This document shows, piece after piece, positions 1 to 7,551 of a stretch of 12,382 nt of DNA (its first letter is position 1; each line of letters opens with the position of its first letter). The DNA comes from Candidatus Fermentibacteraceae bacterium (lineage in GTDB: Bacteria > Fermentibacterota > Fermentibacteria > Fermentibacterales > JCC-6): assembly GCA_041686025.1 (NCBI GenBank), contig JAWLEP010000025.1, positions 27,725-40,106 on the forward strand, written 5' to 3'. The translations under genes were made by a program, and so were the position numbers. Under the pieces are notes generated by a model that had not been told where the DNA came from, did not search any database, and saw only the letters and a list, made by a program, of their open reading frames with translations.

Positions 1-462
1 CCGAGATTCCCACGGTGCCGCTGTAGTCGTCTCCTTCCTCGGGAGTGGCGGTCCGGACCAGGCCGGACATGGCCCTCCCGCGCTCTGCCGGAAGGCCGGG
101 GGGACCCGGCCCATGGGGGCACGGGTGAGGGGATCGGTTACATCCAGGCCGTCCAGCTCCCAGGCCAGCTCTCCTCCGCGGCCTCCCCGGACGTGCATCC
201 GTTCGGTGAGAAGGCCCGCGTCACCTTCGCTGAGCCAGTGGGCGCACTGGCTGTCCCAGCCGATCTCGCCCCATCTGCTGCCGGGTGTATGCACGGAGGA
301 AGAGGCCTGCAGCAGGTCTGCCAGGCTGGAGCCGGCATACATCACGCTGACAGCCGGCGGCGACCCTTCGGAATGGGTTGAGTCGGAATCCGAAGCTGCG
401 GAGGAGCCGGCGGCCGGCAGTAGAGCGGAAAGGAAGATCGTAACCGAAGCAGATGAACGCAT
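1..462 (-). CDS. 5' part of a TonB-dependent receptor-like protein (plug domain); runs off the window; probable frameshift at 98-103
   Basis: ATG at 462-460 preceded by a purine-rich GGGAAGGG. N-terminus MRSSASVTIFLSALLPAAG is signal-peptide-like. MHVRGGRGGELAWELDGLDVTDP (198-130) resembles the plug motif (xRGGR..E....DG...DP). The next plug motif GLPAERGRAMSGLVRTATPEEGDDYSG lies in a different frame (97-2). Confidence 0.7.
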   Translation of the reverse strand, partial: MRSSASVTIFLSALLPAAGSSAASDSDSTHSEGSPPAVSVMYAGSSLADLLQASSSVHTPGSRWGEIGWDSQCAHWLSEGDAGLLTERMHVRGGRGGELAWELDGLDVTDPLTRAPMGRVPPAFRQSAGGPCPAWSGPPLPRKETTTAAPWESR

Positions 463-541
463 TACACCCTTCCCAAGCCAGTAAATGTCGACCATTGAAT
501 AGACCATTGCCGGCGGTTCCGGGGCGGTCAACCGCTTCCTG

Positions 542-1837
542 TCAGGGGTGCTGCACGGGTGGGCGCTCCGACAGCAGCAGGCAGGCGGCCACGCTTCCCC
601 TTCCCCTCAGCCTCACCAGGCCCCTGCTCTCCAGTACGAAACCCTCCCGCAGCATGGCCGAGGTGGCGGGTCCCACCTGTATCGCCCCCGGGGGACATGT
701 GGTCTCCAGCCTGCTGGCCAGGTTCACCGTATCGCCCCAGAGGTCGTAGGAGAACCTGTCACGGCCGATTATGCCGGCCACCAGCGGCCCGGAGGCAACG
801 CCCATGCGTATGTCCACACCCGCCTCCTCGGCCGCATGGCAGTCCTCGAAGGCATCCCGTATGCCCAGGGCGGTCCTGGCCATCACATCAGCGTGGTCCG
901 GCCGTGGTGCGGGCACCCCGGCAACCGCCATGTATCCGTCGCCGATGGTCTTGATCTTCACCGAGCCCTCCCTCTCCACTACCCTGTCGAAGCTGGTGAA
1001 GAGGACGTTCAGGAGGTCCACGAGCTCCCGCGGGGCGGTGCTGGCCGCCAGGGGCGTGAAGCCCACCACGTCCACGAACAGCACGGAGGCCCGTTCGAAG
1101 CGGTCGACGATGCCCTTCTCTCCGCTCTTAAGCCGGCGGGCTATCTCCCCGGGCAGCACGTTCAGCAGAAGCTGGTCGCTGCGCCTCCTCTCGCGGTCGA
1201 TTGTGGCCCGCTGGATGAAGTCCCTTCTCCGCGAGGCCTCCAGCATCCATGAGGCGCAGGTGCCGAAGATCATGGAAGAGAGAAGGAAGAAGGCGTCGGC
1301 AATGGCGTAGGGAGTGGGCCTTCCCCTGACGGCTACTGCCACGTGGAAGTAGACGGCTGTCCATAGCAGCACAACCGCGGTGGAGGCCCGCCAGCGGACT
1401 CCGGATATGAAGAACAGCCACATCATGGTGGGTATGAGGCCCACGTAGTAGAAGGAGCTTCCGGGCGACGACGACAGCAGTATTATCAGCACGATGCCCA
1501 ACCCGGCCAGGGAGCCCACCGCTCCGGCCAGGGGAACGAACCTGTTCCGGCCTGCCCGGGTGCGGGAGAAGAGCAGCACTCCCAGGGCCAGGACCAGTAC
1601 GGTGGCCCTGACCGCCGCTGCCGCGCCGAAGACGTCCTCCACCAGGTAGTGGTCCAGGACCAGGAATAGGAAGTAGGTCAGCCCGCCCAGCAGGATTCCC
1701 GCCCGGAGGTTTCTTCTGCCGCTCTCCAGGCTGTACCTGCGCCAGGCGCCTTCGGTATTCGGGGAGTCGAATTCCAGGCGTATTCTTCCCTCGGAGCCGT
1801 GGTGCCGCAGGTCAGGTTCGTCGCGTTCTGTCAGCAT
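542..1837 (-). CDS. Membrane-bound class III adenylate/guanylate cyclase (about 6 TM helices, coiled-coil linker, catalytic domain); adenylate-type specificity residues
   Basis: Motifs FVDVVGFT, KIKTIGDGYM, RMGVASGP and YDLWGDTVNLASRLE; linker RSDQLLLNVLP; hydrophobic N-terminal half. Lys of KTIGD and Asp of YDLW are the ATP-specifying pair. Start uncertain (ATG 1837 or GTG 1858). Confidence 0.93.
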   Translation of the reverse strand: MLTERDEPDLRHHGSEGRIRLEFDSPNTEGAWRRYSLESGRRNLRAGILLGGLTYFLFLVLDHYLVEDVFGAAAAVRATVLVLALGVLLFSRTRAGRNRFVPLAGAVGSLAGLGIVLIILLSSSPGSSFYYVGLIPTMMWLFFISGVRWRASTAVVLLWTAVYFHVAVAVRGRPTPYAIADAFFLLSSMIFGTCASWMLEASRRRDFIQRATIDRERRRSDQLLLNVLPGEIARRLKSGEKGIVDRFERASVLFVDVVGFTPLAASTAPRELVDLLNVLFTSFDRVVEREGSVKIKTIGDGYMAVAGVPAPRPDHADVMARTALGIRDAFEDCHAAEEAGVDIRMGVASGPLVAGIIGRDRFSYDLWGDTVNLASRLETTCPPGAIQVGPATSAMLREGFVLESRGLVRLRGRGSVAACLLLSERPPVQHP

Positions 1838-2044
1838 GCGGGTCTGAGCATAACCCACCGGTCCAAGCCGCGTCTATGGCCCCTGCGCACGTTGCGCGGC
1901 GGTAGAGCGGGTCCCGCGGTGCCATCGTTGACATGCCAAAGGTATCAGGACAGTTTCCATTTTCGCGAAACAGCCACGCCATCGCAAGGCATCCGCTGTA
2001 CAGGCAACATTCCGTCAATGGCACATTGCTGGATTGGACTGGTC

Positions 2045-3421
2045 ATGACCCGAACCCGCAGAGGCATTTATCCGGCAGCGGTCCTGGTCCCCGCAGCGGT
2101 TGCTGTGGCCGCCGGCCTTCTGCTGTTCTACTCGCACCGGGACGAGGGCTTCGATGCCGACGAGCTTCCGCTTCCCGTGATGTACTACATGTACGCCCAC
2201 CAGGCCGACAGCGTGGCGGCCCCCGGGGATGAGCCCATGGGTCCGCCGGGGCTGTGGTTCCCGGCCCGGGATGGGGGCGACGCCCCGGACAGCATATCGC
2301 CGCGGCAGCGGGAGCAGATAGAGGAGCTGCGCTCCCTGGGCTATCTGGCCGGCTACCACGACGCCCCCGTGCGGGAGGGGGTGACCGTCTTCGACTCCAC
2401 AAGGTCAGCCCCGGGCTACAACCTCATGATCTCCGGCCACGCCCCCGGAGCTTACCTGCTGGATATGGAGGGCAACATCGTCCACGAGTGGTACGTCCAC
2501 TTCGACCAGCTGAGCACATGGCCCGGTTCGGAGGAGGTAGACCTGCCCATGCAGTTCTGGACCAGGGCGATGCTTATGGAGGACGGTGATCTTCTGGTCC
2601 TGATCGAGAACCTGGGCATGGTGAGGCTGGACAGGGAGTCCAACGTCATCTGGGTCAGCGACTACATCGAGCCACACCATGATTTCGATGTGGGGCCCGA
2701 CGACAGCCTCTACGTGATCTGCAAGGACGTCTACATCGACGAGGATTACAACCCTGACGAGCCGATACTCGACGAGATGGTCGTGGTGCTGGACCCGCAG
2801 GGGAACACGGCCCGCAGGTTCTACGTCCGTGAGGCCCTCGAGGCCTCGCACTTCTTCCCGACCCTGCGAAGGATGCCCCCCGGGGGCGACATACTCCATG
2901 CCAACACCTGCGAGTACATACAGGGTGACTTCGAGGGCGACATCGACCCGATGGAGGAGGGTACGCTGCTGCTCTCCCTGCGTGAGATCGACCTGGTGTG
3001 TGCCGTTGACCAGCGGGGGGACAGCGTCTACTGGGCGGAGTCGGACCTCTGGCACCGTCAGCACCAGCCCACCATGCTTCCCGACGGGAACATGATGGTG
3101 TACGACAACCGCGGCCGCCGCCAGGACTCGCGGGTGTTTATCATCGATCCTGCCACCAGGGAGGCGGTCTGGTCCTACAGCGGCGCGGCTGAGGAGAGCT
3201 TCTTCAGCGTGGGCCGCGGCTCAAACCAATTGCTGCCCAACGGAAACGTGCTTATAACGGAGTCCAACCAGGGCCGGGCCTTCGAGGTAACGCCGGAGGG
3301 CGAGATCGTCTGGGAGTACGTCAGCCCCTACCGGGCCGGAGAGCACAGGGAGCTGATAGCGACCCTCATGGAGATGATCAGGGTCCCGCCGGAGAAGGTG
3401 GAGGGCTGGCTGCAGAGGTAG
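2045..3421 (+). CDS. Arylsulfotransferase (ASST) family beta-propeller protein with an N-terminal membrane anchor
   Basis: HHDF, ILHANT, LSLR, QHQPTMLPDGNMMVYDN and QLLPNGNVLITES motifs match the His/His-Asn/Arg/His catalytic set of PAPS-independent ASSTs. Start re-called to ATG 2045, a basic N-terminus followed by the hydrophobic stretch AAVLVPAAVAVAAGLLLF; the track start at 1799 overlaps the cyclase. Confidence 0.85.
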   Translation: MTRTRRGIYPAAVLVPAAVAVAAGLLLFYSHRDEGFDADELPLPVMYYMYAHQADSVAAPGDEPMGPPGLWFPARDGGDAPDSISPRQREQIEELRSLGYLAGYHDAPVREGVTVFDSTRSAPGYNLMISGHAPGAYLLDMEGNIVHEWYVHFDQLSTWPGSEEVDLPMQFWTRAMLMEDGDLLVLIENLGMVRLDRESNVIWVSDYIEPHHDFDVGPDDSLYVICKDVYIDEDYNPDEPILDEMVVVLDPQGNTARRFYVREALEASHFFPTLRRMPPGGDILHANTCEYIQGDFEGDIDPMEEGTLLLSLREIDLVCAVDQRGDSVYWAESDLWHRQHQPTMLPDGNMMVYDNRGRRQDSRVFIIDPATREAVWSYSGAAEESFFSVGRGSNQLLPNGNVLITESNQGRAFEVTPEGEIVWEYVSPYRAGEHRELIATLMEMIRVPPEKVEGWLQR

Positions 3422-3532
3422 GCCTTTCACCCGCGTTTCGGAGCATTGCGGCCTGTGGATGCAGACCCTCGGCTGGCAGGGCCCAACATCTGCCGCTGAT
3501 GATGCGACCTATGTGATACGGCAACACTGAAC

Positions 3533-3740
3533 GCCATCTACCCCTGCACTGCCCCCGCCTTCCCGGGGGGTCGTCGTGCTGGAACACCTCCTGGAGGAGT
3601 AGGCGGGGCGAAAGCGAGAGCCACACCGCCAGGCTGGTTCTGCCCGACGACTGACCCCACCGGCTTCGTTGAGCCTCAGGGGTGGCCCTGTTATCATCTC
3701 CGAGAGGTAACGGCCCAACGGTTTCGACAAGACGGAGGCG
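3533..3740 (+). ncRNA. Candidate structured RNA / 5' leader of unknown family
   Basis: Nested complementary segments: CTACCCCTG(3538-46)/CAGGGGTGG(3677-85), GTCGTCG(3570-76)/CGACGAC(3645-51), GAAC(3582-85)/GTTC(3637-40), CCTGG(3590-94)/CCAGG(3629-33), GGC(3602-04)/GCC(3620-22), capped by GC-GAAA-GC. A second hairpin at 3684-3715 carries a CC-GAGA-GG GNRA loop. No credible ORF in the gap. Confidence 0.4.
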
Positions 3741-3743
3741 AAG

Positions 3744-4172
3744 ATGGATGACGGTTCCCCCGCCGGGGGAGAGCATCGGGTGACCATGACGGTGCGGGAC
3801 TACGAGTGCGACGTGCAGGGCATCGTCAACAACGCCGTGTACCTGAACTACCTGGAGCACGCCCGACACCGGCACCTGCTCTCCCTGGGAGTGGACTTCG
3901 TGGAGATGGCCGGACGGGGCCTGAACATGGTGGTGACCCGAATGGAGCTGGACTACCGCCGGCCCCTTCGGGCCGGGGACGCATTCACGGTGACCTCCTC
4001 CATGAGCCGGGTCTCCAGGCTGCGCTTCCGATTCGACCAGTCGGTGGAGCTGGAGCCGGGGGCAGAGGAGGTGCTCCGGGCCGTGGTCCTGGGAACGGTT
4101 GTGGACGAAGAGGGAAGGCCGGTCATGCCGCCGGAGCTGGACCGTCTCGACCGCTGCAGCGAAAGGGGCTGA
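3744..4172 (+). CDS. Acyl-CoA thioesterase, hotdog fold (4HBT/YbgC family)
   Basis: VRDYECDVQGIVNNAVYLNYLEHAR signature and ELDYRRPLRAGD; SD GGAGG at 3734-3738. Confidence 0.92.
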   Translation: MDDGSPAGGEHRVTMTVRDYECDVQGIVNNAVYLNYLEHARHRHLLSLGVDFVEMAGRGLNMVVTRMELDYRRPLRAGDAFTVTSSMSRVSRLRFRFDQSVELEPGAEEVLRAVVLGTVVDEEGRPVMPPELDRLDRCSERG

Positions 4173-4198
4173 AGCCCGGCGTCTGCCGGACTCACGGC

Positions 4199-4227
4199 TT
4201 GAGAGGCAGGCGGGGCGCTGGTATCTT
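4199..4227 (+). promoter_or_regulatory. Sigma70-type promoter with extended -10 for the SLOG-nitroreductase-MIF genes
   Basis: TTGAGA (4199-4204), 17-bp spacer, TATCTT (4222-4227), with TG at 4219-4220 (TGn extension); about 50 bp upstream of ATG 4276. Confidence 0.6.
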
Positions 4228-4275
4228 GTTTTCCTGGAACGGTGTCGAAAGGGGGCCGAACGGAGGTACCCGGGA

Positions 4276-4635
4276 ATGAGGACCATCATAGCCGGCTCCA
4301 GGAACATCACCGACCTATCGGTGGTGAGGAATGCGGTGGAGCGGTCGGGCTTCCCCGTCACGGAGGTGGTCTCCGGCGGCGCCAGGGGCGTGGACCGGCT
4401 GGGCGAGAGGCTGGCCGGCATGCTGGGGGTGCCCTGCAGGGTGTTCCCCGCCGACTGGGACGCCCACGGACGCTCCGCCGGGGTGATACGCAACGGCGAG
4501 ATGGCCGACTACGCAGACGCCCTGGTGGCTGTCTGGGACGGAAGGAGCCGGGGCACGGCCAACATGATATCCCAGGCCAGGCGGCGGGGCCTCGCGGTGT
4601 ACGTTCACAGGCCGGACTCCCGAGTGTCCGGATAG
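4276..4635 (+). CDS. SLOG superfamily protein, YspA/cpYpsA-related (DUF2493-like)
   Basis: MRTIIAGSR, VVSGGARGVD, FPADWDAHGRSAGVIRN and WDGRSRGTANM motifs. Start re-called to ATG 4276 with SD GGAGG at 4262-4266. Confidence 0.88.
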   Translation: MRTIIAGSRNITDLSVVRNAVERSGFPVTEVVSGGARGVDRLGERLAGMLGVPCRVFPADWDAHGRSAGVIRNGEMADYADALVAVWDGRSRGTANMISQARRRGLAVYVHRPDSRVSG

Positions 4636-4653
4636 AGCAGGGGAAGGGGACGC

Positions 4654-5193
4654 ATGGACGCGGGATTCATGGAGATGCTCAGGAAGAGGAGGAGCATACG
4701 ACGCTACCGGGACAGGCCGGTGGAGGCGGAGAAGCGCGACCTGCTGGTGGAGGCCGCCCTCCGCTCGCCTTCGTCGAGGGGCATCAACCCCTGGAGGTTC
4801 CTCTTCGTCGAGGACCGGAGGACGATTGCGGAGATGTCGCGATGCAAGGGCCACGGGTCGGCCTTCCTGGAGGACGCGCCCCTGGCCGTTGCCGTGTTCG
4901 CGCGCGAGGACGAGTCAGACGTCTGGGTGGAGGACTGCTCCATCGCCTCCATTGTCCTTCAGCTGGCGGCGGAGTCCCTGGGGCTGGGCAGCTGCTGGGT
5001 CCAGGTGCGCAACCGGACCCGGGAGGACGGAAGCAGCTCCTCTGAGTACCTTCGCGAGCTGCTGGGCCTGCCGGAGGGCTGCGGTGCCGAGTCGGTGATC
5101 GGCATCGGCTACCCGGCGGAGACCCTGCCCCCGCATCCGGAGGCTTCCCTGGAAAGGCACAAGGTGCACATGGAGAGCTGGTCCGGGGACTAG
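4654..5193 (+). CDS. Nitroreductase family flavoprotein
   Basis: KRRSIRRY FMN-binding motif, ALRSPSSRGINPWRF, LAAESLGLGSCW and IGIGYP. Confidence 0.93.
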   Translation: MDAGFMEMLRKRRSIRRYRDRPVEAEKRDLLVEAALRSPSSRGINPWRFLFVEDRRTIAEMSRCKGHGSAFLEDAPLAVAVFAREDESDVWVEDCSIASIVLQLAAESLGLGSCWVQVRNRTREDGSSSSEYLRELLGLPEGCGAESVIGIGYPAETLPPHPEASLERHKVHMESWSGD

Positions 5194-5255
5194 ACGGCGA
5201 ATGGCCCCCGGCCCGGACGGGAAAGAGGCGACTTGAGGAGGAAGGGAGGAACGGC

Positions 5256-5600
5256 GTGCCGATGATATCCGTAAGGACCGACGTGGCGCCCGGCGGGGAC
5301 GGCGGCGAGCTGAGGGCGGAGCTCTCCGCTGCCGTTGCCGAAGAGCTGGGCAAGCCCGAGGACTACGTAATGGTGGTGCTGCAGGGGGCCGAGATGCTCA
5401 TGGGGGGCAGCGCCGGCCCCGCCGCCGCCGTGGACGTGAGGAGCATAGGCGGTCTGGACCGCGAGACCAACGGCAGGCTGGCCGACGCAGTAACCTCTAT
5501 CCTCCAGAGGCACCTGGGAGTGGAGCGGGACAGGGTCTATCTGGTGTTCACCTCCGTGAGCGGGGAGAGCTGGGCCTGGAAGGGAAAGACCTTCCGGTAG
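5256..5600 (+). CDS. MIF / phenylpyruvate tautomerase family protein
   Basis: GTG start with SD GGAGG at 5245-5249 gives M-P-M-I, so catalytic Pro1 after Met removal. LGKPEDYVMV, SIGGL and LGVERDRVYLVF motifs; 114 aa is MIF-sized. Confidence 0.9.
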   Translation: MPMISVRTDVAPGGDGGELRAELSAAVAEELGKPEDYVMVVLQGAEMLMGGSAGPAAAVDVRSIGGLDRETNGRLADAVTSILQRHLGVERDRVYLVFTSVSGESWAWKGKTFR

Positions 5601-5621
5601 GCGCCCCGCCGCCTTCTTTTT
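5599..5621 (+). terminator. Weak intrinsic terminator after the MIF gene
   Basis: AGGCG(5599-5603), 6-nt loop, CGCCT(5610-5614), followed by TCTTTTT; T-tracts are rare in this high-GC window. Confidence 0.5.
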
Positions 5622-5667
5622 GGCCGATATCCTACCCATCTAGTAGGTTCCCGGCGGAGGTGGAAGC

Positions 5668-7551
5668 ATGTGCGGAGTACACGGAGTCGTAACTCCATCC
5701 CTGTCCGGGGAGGAGACCGCCGCCCGTCTGAAGCGCATGGGCTCGGTGCAGCGGCACCGGGGACCGGACGACGCCGGGGGCCGGGTCTACGACAGTGGCG
5801 GCCGGCTGGTGGGCCTGGGCTTCGTGCGGCTGTCCATAATCGACCTGGCCGGGGGCATGCAGCCCATCGAGAGCCCGGCCGACGGCTGCGCCATAGTCTG
5901 CAACGGAGAGGTCTACAACTACCCCGAGCTCCGCCGCGACCACCTGGCCGGCCAGCCCATGCGGACCCGCAGCGACATAGAGGTGGCCCTTCACCTCTAC
6001 CGCAGGTACGGCCACGGCTTCCTCGACCTCTGCAACGGCATGTACGCCGGGGCGATCCTGGACCCGGCCCGGCATCGACTGCTTCTCTTCCGCGACCGCT
6101 TCGGGATCAAGCCCCTCTACTACGCCGAGACGGAGGAGGGCCTATTCTTCGCCAGCGAGATCGGCGCCCTTCTGGCCGGCAGCGGCATGAGGCCCGAGCT
6201 GAATCCCGACGCCCTTCCCCTCTACCTGACCTACAGGTTCGTCCCCGGTGAGGCCACCGCCCTCAGGGGGGTCCGCAGGCTGCCTCCCGGGTGCCTGATG
6301 GATGTGGACCTGAGGACCGGAGCCTTCGAGGTGCGGCGCTACTGGGAGTACCTGCCCGGGTCGGGGTCGGAGAGGATGGGGGGAGGTCGGGCCCGGGAGC
6401 TCTTCGCCGAGCTTCTGCGGGACGCGGTGCGAATCAGGCTTCGCTCCGACGTGGAGGTGGGAGCCTTCGTGAGCGGGGGCATCGACTCCTCCTCCGTGGC
6501 CTCCCTGGCGGCGGAGGCTCAGCCGGACATACGGCTGTTCACCATCTCCTTCGCCGAGCCCGAGTACGACGAGCTTCCCATGGTCCGGAGCCTGATGAAG
6601 GCCATGCCGGAGAGGTTCGGAAGCGCCCGGCTGGAGCACGGGGTCTGCTCCCGCCACAGCCTGCGGGAGCTGCCGGCCATCGTCGGCGCCATGGGGGAGC
6701 TCATCTCCCTGGGAACCGTCCTTCCCACCGATCAGGTCTGCCGGATGGCGGCGGAGAAGGTAAAGGTGGTGGTCACCGGCGAGGGGGCCGACGAGGTGTT
6801 CGCCGGGTACCGGAAGTTCCTGCTGGAGACTGCCGCCGCGGAGCTGGAGGAGACGGGCTCGCTTCCCGCCGGGATGGAGATGGACCCCGAAGATCTCTCC
6901 ACCTACATGGGCTGCCGGGGAAGGGGCTCCGTCTCCGCCCACGCCGGTACCGAGGCCCTGTTCCGGGGCCGGGAGCTGGACCGCATCCTGGGCCGGCCCG
7001 CGGGAGGCGTCCGCCTGCCGGAAGCCGCGGTGCCGGAGCTGGCCCGCATCGGCCATCCCCTGGACAGGATGCTGGCCCTGGAGTGCCGTACCCGGCTGCC
7101 GGACTATGTGGTGGCCAGACTGGACAGGCTCTCCATGCGCTACTCCCTGGAGGCCAGAACCCCCTACCTGGACTACCGGCTGGCGGAGCTGGCCGGCTCT
7201 CTGCATCCGGAGGACAAGGTGGACCTCTCCCGGACCATGGGGAAGGCCGTCTGCAGGGATGCTCTCCTGGATGCGGGGGTGGTGGACCGGGACACGGCCC
7301 TCCGCCGCAAGCGGCCCTTCACCATACCCATGGCCGCCTGGCTGCTGCGGGGCGGGGCTCCGGACCTGCTGCGGCAGGTCTTCGAGGGCGGGATGCTGCG
7401 CCGGCAGGGCCTGGTGGACCCCGACATGGCGGAAGGGATCTGGCACCGGGTCAGCACCCGGGGCGTGGGCCCCGACACGCTGGTAAGCGCCGCCGACAGG
7501 GCCTTTGCCCTTCTCTGTCTTACGCTGTGGGCCGAGGAGGTGCTGTCTTGA
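5668..7551 (+). CDS. asnB: Asparagine synthase (glutamine-hydrolysing) family amidotransferase
   Basis: N-terminal MCG (Ntn Cys), HRGPD, RLSIID, NGEVYNY, RDRFGIKPLYY, SGGIDSS (PP-loop), TGEGADEVFAGY and EARTPYLD; SD GGAGGT upstream. The family call is firm; the true substrate is unknown. Confidence 0.92.
   Translation: MCGVHGVVTPSLSGEETAARLKRMGSVQRHRGPDDAGGRVYDSGGRLVGLGFVRLSIIDLAGGMQPIESPADGCAIVCNGEVYNYPELRRDHLAGQPMRTRSDIEVALHLYRRYGHGFLDLCNGMYAGAILDPARHRLLLFRDRFGIKPLYYAETEEGLFFASEIGALLAGSGMRPELNPDALPLYLTYRFVPGEATALRGVRRLPPGCLMDVDLRTGAFEVRRYWEYLPGSGSERMGGGRARELFAELLRDAVRIRLRSDVEVGAFVSGGIDSSSVASLAAEAQPDIRLFTISFAEPEYDELPMVRSLMKAMPERFGSARLEHGVCSRHSLRELPAIVGAMGELISLGTVLPTDQVCRMAAEKVKVVVTGEGADEVFAGYRKFLLETAAAELEETGSLPAGMEMDPEDLSTYMGCRGRGSVSAHAGTEALFRGRELDRILGRPAGGVRLPEAAVPELARIGHPLDRMLALECRTRLPDYVVARLDRLSMRYSLEARTPYLDYRLAELAGSLHPEDKVDLSRTMGKAVCRDALLDAGVVDRDTALRRKRPFTIPMAAWLLRGGAPDLLRQVFEGGMLRRQGLVDPDMAEGIWHRVSTRGVGPDTLVSAADRAFALLCLTLWAEEVLS

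Noticed and set aside
113..484. 123-aa plus-strand ORF
   Set aside because: Ser/Pro-rich shadow of the minus-strand TonB-receptor-like gene, which has recognisable motifs and an RBS.
1928..1956. Perfect TTGACA -35 in the divergent region
   Set aside because: The -10 at 17 bp (CAGTTT) is poor; not enough to call a promoter.
2045..3421. ASST sulfating trehalose (sulfotrehalose pathway)
   Set aside because: The enzyme looks exported, lies 5 kb away across a promoter and terminator, and ASSTs typically use phenolic donors and acceptors; no support beyond proximity.
3496..3530. CTGATGA hammerhead ribozyme core
   Set aside because: No stem II followed by GAAA and no flanking stems I/III.
3602..3622. 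SRP RNA helix 8 or FMN riboswitch look-alike (GGCGGGGCGAAAGCGAGAGCC)
   Set aside because: Lacks the SRP CAGG/AGCA loop and the remaining FMN aptamer elements at the correct spacing.
3718..3728. ACGGTTTCGAC resembling the tmRNA 5' end
   Set aside because: No GGGG acceptor stem, no T-arm/CCA end, and a CDS begins 16 nt later.
6291..7547. N-terminal 419 codons of the 732-aa track ORF (apparent long overlap or fusion)
   Set aside because: Gly/Arg/Pro-rich off-frame read of asnB; the real protein starts at TTG 7548 with its own SD.
5668..7551. AsnB as a lasso-peptide cyclase
   Set aside because: Intact Ntn Cys glutaminase domain and no precursor, RRE or transglutaminase-like peptidase in the window.
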